Assembly: GCA_043809585.1 (NCBI GenBank) | Contig: JBDROZ010000070.1 | Span: 141,122-163,480 of the forward strand | DNA: 22,359 bases | Origin: Candidatus Eiseniibacteriota bacterium | Lineage (GTDB): Bacteria; Orphanbacterota; Orphanbacteria; Orphanbacterales; Orphanbacteraceae | Reading direction: 5' to 3' | Shown here: positions 1 to 9,475 of the stretch, piece by piece | How positions within the stretch are numbered: the stretch's first letter is position 1 | Layout of the letters: each line of letters starts with the position of its first letter | Position numbers and translations under genes: made by a program | Notes under the pieces: model-generated | Seen by the model: only the letters and a program-made list of their open reading frames with translations | What the model was told of the DNA's origin: nothing | Database searches by the model: none

Positions 1-3000
1 GTGGGACCCGTCGGCGACCGTGACGTTGCCGCTCTGGTCGTGGTTCCAGTCGGTCGAGTGGAGCACGTTGGCCGCAAAGGTCGGGTAGCCCGGGTAGGAC
101 GCCGCGTCGTAGCCGACCTCGCCCCCCTCGACGAGGAGATGGCCGCCGGCCGCCACGAAGGCTTCCACGTTCGCCCGGAAGGTCGCGTCCGCGACCGGCG
201 CCGTGTTGTCCCCCGAAGCGATGATCAGGAGGTCGTAGTTCATCCACGTGAGCGGGTCCGTGGTTCCGACCGTCTCGGTGGTCGTCTCGTAACCGACGTC
301 CTGGAGGTCCGAGGCGAGTTCCGCCGCCGACTTGCCGTCCGCCGGCGCGTACCCCGGCTCGATCACCATGCCGGTCTTCGGGTCGAGCTTCGCCGCGTTG
401 TAGGCGAACTTGGCTCCGTCGTCGATGATGAGCAGATCGCCCGACGTCGGCTCGAGCATGAAGTGCTTCTCCACCACCGGCTGGTCGATGGTGATGTCGA
501 TGGTGACCGATTTGTGGTGCCACGACTTGATGTTCACCTGGTAGTCGAAATAGGGAAGCGAGGAAGTCGTGTAGGAGCCGTCGGTCGAGTCGGTCATGGT
601 TTGGGCGTAGAGGGCCATCGTGTCGCTCCGGTAGACCTTGACGGTCGCGTAGAGCGGCGCGCCGAGCGTGTCCGTGACCGTCCCGGTCAGGACGCCGGCC
701 GGAGCGGGCACGAGAAAGATGTCGTGGACATTCGCGCCGTAATTGACGAAGAACGGCGTCTCGTACGGCAGGTAGCCGAAGAAGTCGACGCGGATCGTGT
801 AGTCCGCGACGAGGATGTCGTCGCCCACGTCGTAATCGCCCGAGGCGTTCGTCGTGGCCTGGAACACGAGGTTCTCGTCCGTGTTGTAGCCCCGAACCAC
901 GGCGCCCACGGCGGGCGAACCGTTCGCGTCGACGTGGCCCGTCAGGGTTCCGTACGCCTCGATGATCGGGAAGTCCTCGCCGTAGAGGTCGTACCCCGAT
1001 GCGGCGATGATGCCCGTGATGACGCCCAGTTCATCGGGCGTGATCGACATGCTCGGCAGGATGGTCGACTGCTCGGTGCCGTCCGGAAGAATCGCCCAGA
1101 GCACGGCCGAGGGCTCGCCGGAAGTCATATTCAGCATGCCCGGCAGGTTCAGGGCGAAGGTGTCCGCAAGGCCCACGCCGGTCGTCACCCAGAGATCCGG
1201 CGTCGGCAGCGCCGCGGCGTTCACCGTGATCGATTCCCGGAAGAGGTTCCAGGTCTCGGCGGGGTCTTTCCCGACGATGTCCAGGGTCGGCCCGTACGGG
1301 TAGTCGACGGTCAGCGTACAGATCCCGGCGGCGTTGGTCAGTTTCGGCATCGTGGTGTAGCCGAGCCCGTCCGCCCAGACCGCGATCCCCGGCTTCGGCG
1401 TGACGCCGTCCGCCTCGAGGACCGTCACCTCCACGTCGGTTTTCACGTTCGCGTCGATCACCGTCGGGTTGATGATGATCGTGGCGGGCACGATCACGGG
1501 GAGATCGACGATGTAGGGCTCCTTGTCCTGGGCCATGACGACGAGCTTCGCCGTCCCCGGATTCAAGAGGTCCAGGACCGTCAGGTCGAGGGAACCCGTT
1601 CCGTCCACCGTGCCGGCGCCGTAGAGGACGCCGTTCTGGGAGAGGCCGACGTAGCTGTTCGGCACGGCCTCGATGGTGAACGAGGGGGTCGTGGTGAAGA
1701 GCGTCGCCTGATGCACGACCGGGTTCGCTTCCGGAACGCCGAGGAACGTGCTGATCGACGGGTCGCCCATCAAGTTGTAGATGTTCCAGTAGTAGGTGAT
1801 GAGGCTCGAACCCGCCTCCATCACGGCCAGATTGCCGCAGAAGACGATGGCGTCGTTCGTGATGTACCAGTTCTCCATCGGCTCGCCGTACTCGTGGAAG
1901 AGCCCGTCGTAGACACCCATCCCCGTCGACTCGACGGGCCACGCCGTGCCGTCGATCTGCGACGCCGGGTGGTAACCGACGCCCCACCAGTAGTCTTCGT
2001 TCCAGTAGGTGCTGTTCGACCCGCCGATGTAGCCGACGGCGCCCTTGTTGGCCGCCCGGAGAAAGGTCTCGGCGAAGCACTCGGCGACCTCGAAGGAGCT
2101 CGTGAGGCAGCAGTTGCCGATGGCGAGGCAATACTCGCCGGCGTTCGCGAGGGAGTTGATGTTCGACTGGGTGAAGGCCGGGTCGGACCAGGATGTCTGG
2201 CTGCCGTGGGCCGTGTAATTGATGAAGGAAACGCCGTTGCTCACGTGCTGCACGATCTCGGCCGGCGCCGTCGGCGCGTCCGAGGCCGGATACAGGTACG
2301 TGTGGCTCAGGATGCCGTGGGCGGCGTTGAAGTAGTGCTCCGTCCCGTAGTTGATCTGCCCGTTCCCGTGGGTGGGGGCGTAGCCCGCGTCCACGCCTGC
2401 GATCATGACCACCTCTTCGAGGTAGCTCGGATCGGGCATGGTGAACTGGTCGTACATGAGCGTCTTGTCCAGCATCGCCTGGAGCTGGGACGGGTTGGTG
2501 GCGGAGAAACGCCCGTAGTAGATGTCGGGCACGAGGTCGCCCTCGACGTCGCAGTAGGGGCGGTCCGTGGCGTCGCCGCTCATGAAGAAGGTCGGGCATT
2601 GGGCCACGTCGCCGACGAAGAGCACGAAGCTCGGCGCCGGCAACTCGGGCGTCGCGTTGTCGTAAAGACCGTGGATGTAGCTCTGGATCGACGCGGCGGT
2701 GGTTCCCACCTCGGGCGTCCCGATCACGCCGGTGACGACGACGAACCCGCGCTGCGTCTTCCACGTGATGAAGTCCTGCATGAGTCCTTCGAACTCGGCG
2801 GGCGTGATGATGACGTACGTCGCCACGTCGCCCACCACGTCCGGATGGGTGTCGTGCTGGAAGGCGTCGTAGCCGCCGAGCTTCGAGTAGACGGGCTCGA
2901 AGAAGGGGCTGTAGGTCCGGGCCTTCAAGTCGGCGCCGGCGGCGTGGTCCGCCCCCTCGAAGACGACGCGGAATTCGATGGTCTCGCTGACGACGATCTC

Positions 3001-3567
3001 GCCGCTCCGCGGGAGGTACTCGACCGGCGAGACCTCGACACGCCCGATATCGACGGCGCGGAGCCGTCCTTGGCGGTCGACGCGCACGAGCTCCTGGCCC
3101 ACCCGGTCGGTGAGGTAGGCGTCACGGTTGTAGATGAAGGGCCACGTCTCGGGGTCGGCGCTCTTCGGCATGCTCGGCTGGGCCGGCATGAGCGGATGAT
3201 TGACTCCGAAGTCGGCGAGGGAGAGGGTTCGGCTCTGGGTCGAGAGAATCTCGATCCGGGTCGTCGCCCCGAAGGGAACCTCCACGAGGCGGTTCATCAT
3301 GGGAAGCTCGGGGGAACCCACGATCTGGGACGAGTGAAAACCGGGAATCAGGAGGCGCGAGAACATACCCTCTTCGGTCTCCACGTCCATGGCCGCGATC
3401 TCCGCGATCTCGACGCGGAAGAGCATCGCGTCCCGGGTCTGGTCGATGAGCGTGACCTTTGATTCGGTCCCGCCGAGGGGGATCGTTTGCAGATCCGCCC
3501 ACGCCAGTCCCGTTACGAGAAGCACGAGCGCGGCCGCGAGGAAGTGACCCTTGCCGTTTCGCATCAT
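1..3567 (-). CDS. Secreted C25 (gingipain-family) cysteine protease, Lys-gingipain (Kgp)-like, with propeptide, catalytic domain, Ig/carboxypeptidase-regulatory-like domains and further C-terminal domain(s); 3' end lies outside the window
   Basis: Manual translation of segments of the minus strand (not in the ORF track). ATG at 3567 follows an AGGAG RBS (3576-3580). Signal peptide MMRNGKGHFLAAALVLLVTGLAWA. Propeptide-like IVGSPELPMMNRLVEVP. Catalytic region GVSFINYTAHGSQTSWSDP...LAIGNCCLTSSF...KGAVGYIGGSNSTYWNEDYWWGVG, with His at 2206-2208 and Cys at 2107-2109. The segment at the window edge reads in the same frame (about 1189 codons). Confidence 0.93.
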   Translation of the reverse strand, partial: MMRNGKGHFLAAALVLLVTGLAWADLQTIPLGGTESKVTLIDQTRDAMLFRVEIAEIAAMDVETEEGMFSRLLIPGFHSSQIVGSPELPMMNRLVEVPFGATTRIEILSTQSRTLSLADFGVNHPLMPAQPSMPKSADPETWPFIYNRDAYLTDRVGQELVRVDRQGRLRAVDIGRVEVSPVEYLPRSGEIVVSETIEFRVVFEGADHAAGADLKARTYSPFFEPVYSKLGGYDAFQHDTHPDVVGDVATYVIITPAEFEGLMQDFITWKTQRGFVVVTGVIGTPEVGTTAASIQSYIHGLYDNATPELPAPSFVLFVGDVAQCPTFFMSGDATDRPYCDVEGDLVPDIYYGRFSATNPSQLQAMLDKTLMYDQFTMPDPSYLEEVVMIAGVDAGYAPTHGNGQINYGTEHYFNAAHGILSHTYLYPASDAPTAPAEIVQHVSNGVSFINYTAHGSQTSWSDPAFTQSNINSLANAGEYCLAIGNCCLTSSFEVAECFAETFLRAANKGAVGYIGGSNSTYWNEDYWWGVGYHPASQIDGTAWPVESTGMGVYDGLFHEYGEPMENWYITNDAIVFCGNLAVMEAGSSLITYYWNIYNLMGDPSISTFLGVPEANPVVHQATLFTTTPSFTIEAVPNSYVGLSQNGVLYGAGTVDGTGSLDLTVLDLLNPGTAKLVVMAQDKEPYIVDLPVIVPATIIINPTVIDANVKTDVEVTVLEADGVTPKPGIAVWADGLGYTTMPKLTNAAGICTLTVDYPYGPTLDIVGKDPAETWNLFRESITVNAAALPTPDLWVTTGVGLADTFALNLPGMLNMTSGEPSAVLWAILPDGTEQSTILPSMSITPDELGVITGIIAASGYDLYGEDFPIIEAYGTLTGHVDANGSPAVGAVVRGYNTDENLVFQATTNASGDYDVGDDILVADYTIRVDFFGYLPYETPFFVNYGANVHDIFLVPAPAGVLTGTVTDTLGAPLYATVKVYRSDTMALYAQTMTDSTDGSYTTSSLPYFDYQVNIKSWHHKSVTIDITIDQPVVEKHFMLEPTSGDLLIIDDGAKFAYNAAKLDPKTGMVIEPGYAPADGKSAAELASDLQDVGYETTTETVGTTDPLTWMNYDLLIIASGDNTAPVADATFRANVEAFVAAGGHLLVEGGEVGYDAASYPGYPTFAANVLHSTDWNHDQSGNVTVADGSH

Positions 3568-4173
3568 TCTGCCCTCTCCTGGATAGTGCAGGGTGAAACA
3601 TCTTGCCCGGTGGGGAGTATCCGGGGCATTCGAATCCGGACATGCGTTCGAAGGCAAGGGAGGCGAAGAGAGGCTGCGGGCGAGACCCTGTGCAGGCCGG
3701 GGGGCCTCCCCTCAACGCCACGAGCGCATGGACAATCCGGCTTCGAATTCGGCGATTAACTTTGTTAACCAGTTTATCATACCGTCCCCGGGATTTCTAT
3801 TTGAAAAACAAGGGGATAGGCGAAGCCCCCCTTCTCCGGGTCCCCAGCCCCTTTCCCCTCTCTCCCCCCCCGCTCCGCCGGGCCACCCCGAAAAACTCCG
3901 CAAACATAAGTCTCTGATTTCATGATTGTTAGTAGGGATTCCCCCTCAATCCCCCCGGGCGATGACCCTCCGGATGGATTCGGGGGCATCCCGGGTCTCC
4001 CCGAGCCCATTCCTCACAAAACGGATGATTTCGGACCAGGGCTAATGGAATCGGGTGGGTCCTGCCGATGTTTGGAGAGGGTCCCCCTCCGGGGGGGGGC
4101 GAATCCGACCGCCCATGGGTGGCTGCGGAAGAGACCAACGAACCAGCGATGTTCGATCGATCGGAGAGAGAAG
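3568..4173. promoter_or_regulatory. Divergent promoter region between the protease and the surface operon
   Basis: Non-coding gap between divergent genes, with AT-rich patches (about 3750-3810 and 3890-3940) and a palindrome TTAAC-TTT-GTTAA at 3756-3768. No exact promoter was assigned. Confidence 0.5.
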
Positions 4174-7062
4174 ATGATCGCTACGATTCGCAAGTACGGT
4201 CCCGCCTTCGCCGGGGTTCTGCTGATCGTTCTCGGCGGTGCCCCTCCGGGTCACGCCTATAAAGGGAACGGTCGGAGCGTCGGGAGCGGAGGTGGGTTCT
4301 CATCCGGCGGCGGGTACCGGTCCGTGGCCGCCTTCGGGATGAAGACGATGGGAAGCTCGTCGTCCGCCTCGCACACGCACCAGGAGGGCCTGCTCGCCCT
4401 CTACGGAAGGCCGGTCCTCTACTCCGAACCGGCGACGCTCGCTTTCGGGACGGTGAGCACCGAATCGTCCCGGCTCATGACGGCGACGATCGTGAACTAC
4501 GGCGGCGTCGGTCTGCTCCTCTCCGATCTCGGCTTCGCCTCCGGCGGGGGCTCGGTCTTCTCGGTCGAGTCGCCGGCGGGTCCGGCCGTGGTCGGCCCGG
4601 GGGATTCCCTGGATGTGTCGGTCCGGTTCGAACCGGACTCGCAGGGGACCGTCCACGACACCCTCGAAGGGACGACCAACGACCCGGCCGTCCCCCTCTG
4701 GATTCTGGCCCTCTCCGGAACGGGGCAGAGCGCCAGCATCCAGGACATCGCGGTCGCGGTCGACACCCTCGACTTCGGTCCCGTTCCTGTCGATTCGACC
4801 GCGGAGCTCGTGTTCGCCGTCGAGAATGTGGGGGGCGCCGACCTTGCGGTCGGTCCGATCACGGTGACGGGCGGGGTCTTCTCGGTCACTCCGGACAGCT
4901 TCACCGTCGGCGCGGGGGGACTGCAATACGTGACGGTGCGGTTCACGCCGGACGGGGCCTCGACGTGGGAGGAATCGCTCTCGATCGCGAACGACGATCC
5001 GAACGAGGCGGGGCCGGTCATGGTCCACGTCACCGGGCGCGTTCCCGCCCTCCTGGCGCTTCAGGTGCCCGCGTCGGGCGCCATCCGCTTCCGGGCGGCC
5101 GAAGACGGGCCGCCCCCGGTCGATTCCGAGATCCGGATCCGGAACGACGGCGCCGAGACCCTCCACTGGCGTGCATTCCTGGAGAACGACGGCTCCTGGC
5201 TCGGCGCGTCGCCCGACTCCGGAAGCGTTCCGCCCGGCAACTCGACAACCATCGACGTTTCGGTGAGCCATGCCGGGCTCGCCCAGGGGAGCTACGAAGC
5301 GACGATCGTTCTTCTGAACGGGGACCGTCCCGAAGCGGACCGGGACACCGTGTCCGTCGGCCTCACGATCATCCCGTTCACGGTGACCACGAATCACGTC
5401 CCCCTCCTTCCCGATCAGGGACAGAACGTCCTGATGAAAGCGGCCACATCCGTCTCCGTCGATTCGGCCACCCTCTACTACCACCAGGGGGGCAAGGCCG
5501 GGTGGAACCGGATGGCCATGTCCGTCCACGGCGACACCGCGTGCGTGGCGACCATCCCCGGCGAGCTGGTCGGCATGCGGGGCCTCGAGTACTACGTACG
5601 CGTTCACGCCCAGGGGGGCGAGGTGGCAGAGCCGGAAATCGAGATCGAGACGCCCCGCCGGATCGCGGTTCGCATTCCGGAAGCCGTCTCCCTCACGATC
5701 AGCGCCGAACGGCACACGATGATCGGCGTGCCGATGCTGACCAGCGGCGCCCATCCGACGGATGTCTTTCAAGACGATTTCGGCGATCACGACATCAAGA
5801 AGTGGCGCCTCGGCCGGTGGTTCCCGGCGAGCGACGCCTACCTCGAGTACCCGAACGAACTCGGTGTTCCCGTGGAGGCGGGTTCCGGCTTCTGGTTGAT
5901 CACGCGGGACATCTCCACCTACACGCTCTCGGGCTTCTCCACGCTGCCGCCGCCGGGGGACACGACCGTCAGCATCGGCCTGCCCGGCGGGGCGGGATCC
6001 TGGTGGTCTCAGATCGGCCATCCCTTCGCCTACCCGGTGGAGTGGAACCGCTGCCTGGTCCGGAAGGGGGACGGCCGGGTCTACCCGATCGACGCGCAGC
6101 CCGGGGATGGCCTCGTCGAGGTCGCCGCCTACACCTACGTCTACGCCGAGGAGGCCGGTGAATACAAGGAGGCCCCGGCCCTCGAGCCGTGGCACGGCTA
6201 CTTCGTGAACAACATCTCGGGGGACGACCTGGAACTTCTCGTTCCCGCCCGGGAATCGGCTCCCGGGAAGATGGCGATCGCCGCCCTACCGCCCCTCCGG
6301 CCCGAGGATGGAGAGTGGGAAATCCGTCTCCGCGCCCGAAGCGAGGCCGGCGCCTCCGGAGAGATCGTCGCCGGGGCCCGGTTGGGAGCGCGGGAAGGAT
6401 GGGATCCGGCGGATCGGCACATCCCGCCCGCCGCTCCCGGAGGAGGCCCGGGACTCGCCTTCGAGCCCCGGGACCCGATGCCGCGCCGGGGAAACCTCCG
6501 GGCGGACATCCGGCCTCCGGCGGCGGACCTCTGCGCCTGGGACGTCGGTCTCGAATTCCGCGGTTCCCGGGAGGCGGTGATCGAGGCGGGCGACGAGGAG
6601 ACCTTGCCCGCCGGCGTCGCCGTCTTCCTGGTCGACGACGACGGGGGCGTCACCGTTCCCCTCCGTTCGGGCGCGGCCTACCGGGTGACGGCGGGCCGGG
6701 ACGAGAAGAGCCGGGTGCTCCGGCTCGTGGCGGGCCCCGCCGCGGTTCTCGGGGCGTCGGGATACGAGGCGACCGCTGTCGTCACGGATCTCCGGCTCGG
6801 CCGGCCTTATCCGAACCCGGCGCTCCGGGGGGCTACGATCCGCTACGCCCTTCCGGCGGCGGGTCCCGTGCAACTCCAGGTATTCGCCATCACCGGACGG
6901 CTGGTCCGGGATCTGGTCGACGGCGTGCGCCCCTCGGGCGAACACGCCGCGGTGTGGGACGGAAGAGACGAGTCGGGCCGTGAAGTCGGGCCGGGTCTCT
7001 ACTTCTTCCGGTTGGCCCAGGAAGATCGTGTACAGACGGCCCGCGTGGTCGTGTTCCGCTAG
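4174..7062 (+). CDS. Secreted multi-domain surface protein: Gly/Ser-rich N-terminal motif, two choice-of-anchor D/ASH-like Ig domains, BACON-like domain, unknown central region, C-terminal FlgD-Ig/T9SS-like sorting domain (962 aa)
   Basis: Start reassigned to ATG 4174 (GGAGAG RBS at 4163-4168; signal peptide MIATIRKYGPAFAGVLLIVLGGAPPGHA). Ig repeats LAFGTV...IVNYGG...VRFEP...TNDP and LDFGPV...VENVGG...VRFTP...NDDP. IRNDGAETLHW...SWL...SGSVPPG is BACON-like. C-terminus PYPNP...IRYALP...VFAITGRLVRDL...WDGRDESGREVGPGLYFFRL. Confidence 0.85.
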   Translation: MIATIRKYGPAFAGVLLIVLGGAPPGHAYKGNGRSVGSGGGFSSGGGYRSVAAFGMKTMGSSSSASHTHQEGLLALYGRPVLYSEPATLAFGTVSTESSRLMTATIVNYGGVGLLLSDLGFASGGGSVFSVESPAGPAVVGPGDSLDVSVRFEPDSQGTVHDTLEGTTNDPAVPLWILALSGTGQSASIQDIAVAVDTLDFGPVPVDSTAELVFAVENVGGADLAVGPITVTGGVFSVTPDSFTVGAGGLQYVTVRFTPDGASTWEESLSIANDDPNEAGPVMVHVTGRVPALLALQVPASGAIRFRAAEDGPPPVDSEIRIRNDGAETLHWRAFLENDGSWLGASPDSGSVPPGNSTTIDVSVSHAGLAQGSYEATIVLLNGDRPEADRDTVSVGLTIIPFTVTTNHVPLLPDQGQNVLMKAATSVSVDSATLYYHQGGKAGWNRMAMSVHGDTACVATIPGELVGMRGLEYYVRVHAQGGEVAEPEIEIETPRRIAVRIPEAVSLTISAERHTMIGVPMLTSGAHPTDVFQDDFGDHDIKKWRLGRWFPASDAYLEYPNELGVPVEAGSGFWLITRDISTYTLSGFSTLPPPGDTTVSIGLPGGAGSWWSQIGHPFAYPVEWNRCLVRKGDGRVYPIDAQPGDGLVEVAAYTYVYAEEAGEYKEAPALEPWHGYFVNNISGDDLELLVPARESAPGKMAIAALPPLRPEDGEWEIRLRARSEAGASGEIVAGARLGAREGWDPADRHIPPAAPGGGPGLAFEPRDPMPRRGNLRADIRPPAADLCAWDVGLEFRGSREAVIEAGDEETLPAGVAVFLVDDDGGVTVPLRSGAAYRVTAGRDEKSRVLRLVAGPAAVLGASGYEATAVVTDLRLGRPYPNPALRGATIRYALPAAGPVQLQVFAITGRLVRDLVDGVRPSGEHAAVWDGRDESGREVGPGLYFFRLAQEDRVQTARVVVFR

Positions 7063-7080
7063 GCGGGGGGAAAAGAAGAG

Positions 7081-9456
7081 ATGAAACGCACGATTCGTAA
7101 CGGTCTCGCCGCGGCGCTCGTCTTCGCGGCGCTCGGTGCGCCCGCCCGGGCGGAACTGCCCGCTTTCATGCACGTTCAGGGTGTCCTCACCGACGATCTG
7201 GGGCTCCCCGTGAACGATACGGTCAGTATGTCCTTCTCGATCTATGCCGACACGAGCGTGTCGGCGATCTACGGGGATACGCAGCCCGCGGTGCCCGTGG
7301 TCAACGGCTTCTACGAAGCCTATCTCGACGTGAGTGTTCTCGACTTCGACGTGCCCTATTACCTGGGCATCGTCGTGGAAGGGGCGCCCCTGGGGCCGAA
7401 GAAACCTCTGGCGAGCGTTCCCTACAGCATCCGGAGCGCGAAGACGCGGGTGATCGCCGGAGACGGCCTGGTCGGGTCGGGCGACAGCTCGGTGGTCTCC
7501 CTCTCCCTCGAGGACGGGGGCATCACGGCGTCGAAGCTGGGGGATGGGGCGGTGATGGGGCAGAAGATCGCCGACGGGGCGGTGTCGCACGCGAAGCTCG
7601 GCGATGGCGCCGTGTGGACCGTCAATATCGACAACGGCCAGGTGACTACGGAGAAGCTCGCCGACAGCTCGGTGACGTCGGCGAAGATCGCGCACGGGGC
7701 CGTGGTGCGGAGCCTGAACGGCAAGACCGACGACCTGTCCCTCCTCGCGGGGAGCAACGTGACCATCACGCCGGGGGACGGGACCTTGACGATATCGTCG
7801 GTCGCGTCGGGAGCGGGGGCGGACGACGATTGGGTGGTGAACGGAAACAACGTCTACAGCCAGCAATCGGGGAATGTCGGTATCGGCACGGCCGCGCCGG
7901 CTTACAAGCTCGACGTGGACGGCGACGTCTACGCGTCCGGAAAGCTCCGGGCGGGCGCGCCGAACGGCACGGCGCCCCTTTCGGTCGCATCGAGCACGGT
8001 CGTGACGAACCTGAACGCCGACATGCTCGACGGGATTCACGCCGGGGGCTTCAGTCAGCCCGGCCACGCGCACGACGGCTCGTCGATCACGACCGGCACG
8101 GTCCCCTTCGCCCGGCTTCCCGTCGGCGATCTGGCAAACACGGTGGCGGCGGGGGCCCACGGCCACGACGCGTCGGCGATCAACAACGGAACCCTCGATT
8201 TCGCCCGTCTCCCCACCGGGACGGGCGGGAGCCAGGTGGCGATCGGAAACCACAGCCACGTGTTCGGAGACGACGGGGACTGGACGATTCTGGGGAACGA
8301 TATTTACAGCACCGTGATCGGGAACGTCGGGATCGGGACGACGACCCCGGCGCGCAAACTCGACGTGAACGGAACCATGGGTGTCGACGGCGGCCTCTTC
8401 GCGCGGGACGCCACGGGGATCGGCCTCGCCGACCAGGGGGGCAACCTCGGCGTCTGGGTCGAGGACGGGGGCGAGGTGGGCATCGGTTTCTCGAGCCCGG
8501 CGACGACCATGCATGTCTACGAGGGGACCGGGAGCGCCGAGCTGCGGGTCGAGACCCCCGTGGCGGCGGCGCACGCGGCGATCACGCTGAAGAGCGACGG
8601 ATCAACGTACAATCGGCTCGAAATCGAGCACAACAGCGCGAGCACGGCCAGTTCGACGGCGGGGATCCCACTCGCGAACGTCTCCCGGATCTCCACCGGA
8701 ACGGCCGCGGGGCCTCTCCTCCTTCAGGTGATGACCGATACGTGCATGTACTTCGTCACGAACCAAACGGAGCGGATGCGGATCACCGGGGACGGTCTCG
8801 TGCGCGTGTGGGACGATCTCTGGGTCGGCTCGGCGAGTCCGTCGGATACGGACCGGGTCTACTTCGACAACGGCGGCGAACACGTCTCATGGGATGACGG
8901 TCAGGGCCGTTTCGAGCTCAGCGACGATTTCGCGATCGGCGGCACGATTGCCGCGGGTGGGAGCACGATCCCTCTCGGAAGCGAACTCGGTTACAACATC
9001 TTTTCGGCCAGCTCGTCGCCTTCACCGGTGTCGGGAGACATGTCGACCTCGGGCGACGTGTACGTCTACTTCGATCTCGAGGTGGGGAGCGACATCTACT
9101 ACTCGGGCACCTTGACCGACCTTTCGCCCGCGCCCCCATTCAAGGACGGGCGCGTTCCGGAGGAGGTCGGTTTCGATCGGGCGATGGCCGCTCTCGCGTC
9201 CCTTCGCCCCCGGGTCGTTCCCGTGGCGGAAGAGGAAGAAGGAAAGACGTTCGTGGAAACGACGAAGCTCGGATTCCTGGTCTCGGAACTTCCCGACATG
9301 GTGAAGAACGAACAGGGGAACGGGTACCGGCCCTTCGACATCGTGGCGATCCTGACGAAGGTGGTGCAGGAGCAGCAGAAGACGATCGATGCGCGGGATG
9401 CGAAACTGGCCGATCTGGAGGCCCGCCTTCTCGCGCTGGAACAGAAGACCCGTTGA
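7081..9456 (+). CDS. Secreted trimeric tail-fibre-like protein 1 with degenerate peptidase S74 (intramolecular chaperone) domain and coiled coil
   Basis: Signal peptide ending ARA. N-terminal QGVLTD...F.IY.D...V.VVNG.Y...L.SVPYS domain. 10-aa (L/I)xDxxVTxxK repeats, a VRSLNG...AGSNVTIT motif, GNVGIGT repeats and HxH repeats. C-terminal LASLRP...GFLVSE...ILTKVVQEQQKTI...LEARL. Confidence 0.8.
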   Translation: MKRTIRNGLAAALVFAALGAPARAELPAFMHVQGVLTDDLGLPVNDTVSMSFSIYADTSVSAIYGDTQPAVPVVNGFYEAYLDVSVLDFDVPYYLGIVVEGAPLGPKKPLASVPYSIRSAKTRVIAGDGLVGSGDSSVVSLSLEDGGITASKLGDGAVMGQKIADGAVSHAKLGDGAVWTVNIDNGQVTTEKLADSSVTSAKIAHGAVVRSLNGKTDDLSLLAGSNVTITPGDGTLTISSVASGAGADDDWVVNGNNVYSQQSGNVGIGTAAPAYKLDVDGDVYASGKLRAGAPNGTAPLSVASSTVVTNLNADMLDGIHAGGFSQPGHAHDGSSITTGTVPFARLPVGDLANTVAAGAHGHDASAINNGTLDFARLPTGTGGSQVAIGNHSHVFGDDGDWTILGNDIYSTVIGNVGIGTTTPARKLDVNGTMGVDGGLFARDATGIGLADQGGNLGVWVEDGGEVGIGFSSPATTMHVYEGTGSAELRVETPVAAAHAAITLKSDGSTYNRLEIEHNSASTASSTAGIPLANVSRISTGTAAGPLLLQVMTDTCMYFVTNQTERMRITGDGLVRVWDDLWVGSASPSDTDRVYFDNGGEHVSWDDGQGRFELSDDFAIGGTIAAGGSTIPLGSELGYNIFSASSSPSPVSGDMSTSGDVYVYFDLEVGSDIYYSGTLTDLSPAPPFKDGRVPEEVGFDRAMAALASLRPRVVPVAEEEEGKTFVETTKLGFLVSELPDMVKNEQGNGYRPFDIVAILTKVVQEQQKTIDARDAKLADLEARLLALEQKTR

Positions 9457-9475
9457 CCCGGGGCGAGGAGTTCTG

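Noticed and set aside
1-3462. 1153-aa plus-strand ORF
   Set aside because: Antisense shadow of the C25 protease gene; Arg/Val/His-rich with no motifs.
1-3567. PorU sortase assignment for the C25 protein
   Set aside because: Active-site motifs and domain order resemble Kgp rather than PorU.
3922-4173. N-terminal 84 codons of the 1046-aa ORF
   Set aside because: RBS and signal peptide fit ATG 4174; the upstream part looks intergenic.
4300-8574. Long minus-strand ORFs 4300-6195 and 6286-8574 and off-frame plus ORFs
   Set aside because: High-GC shadows overlapping well-supported genes.
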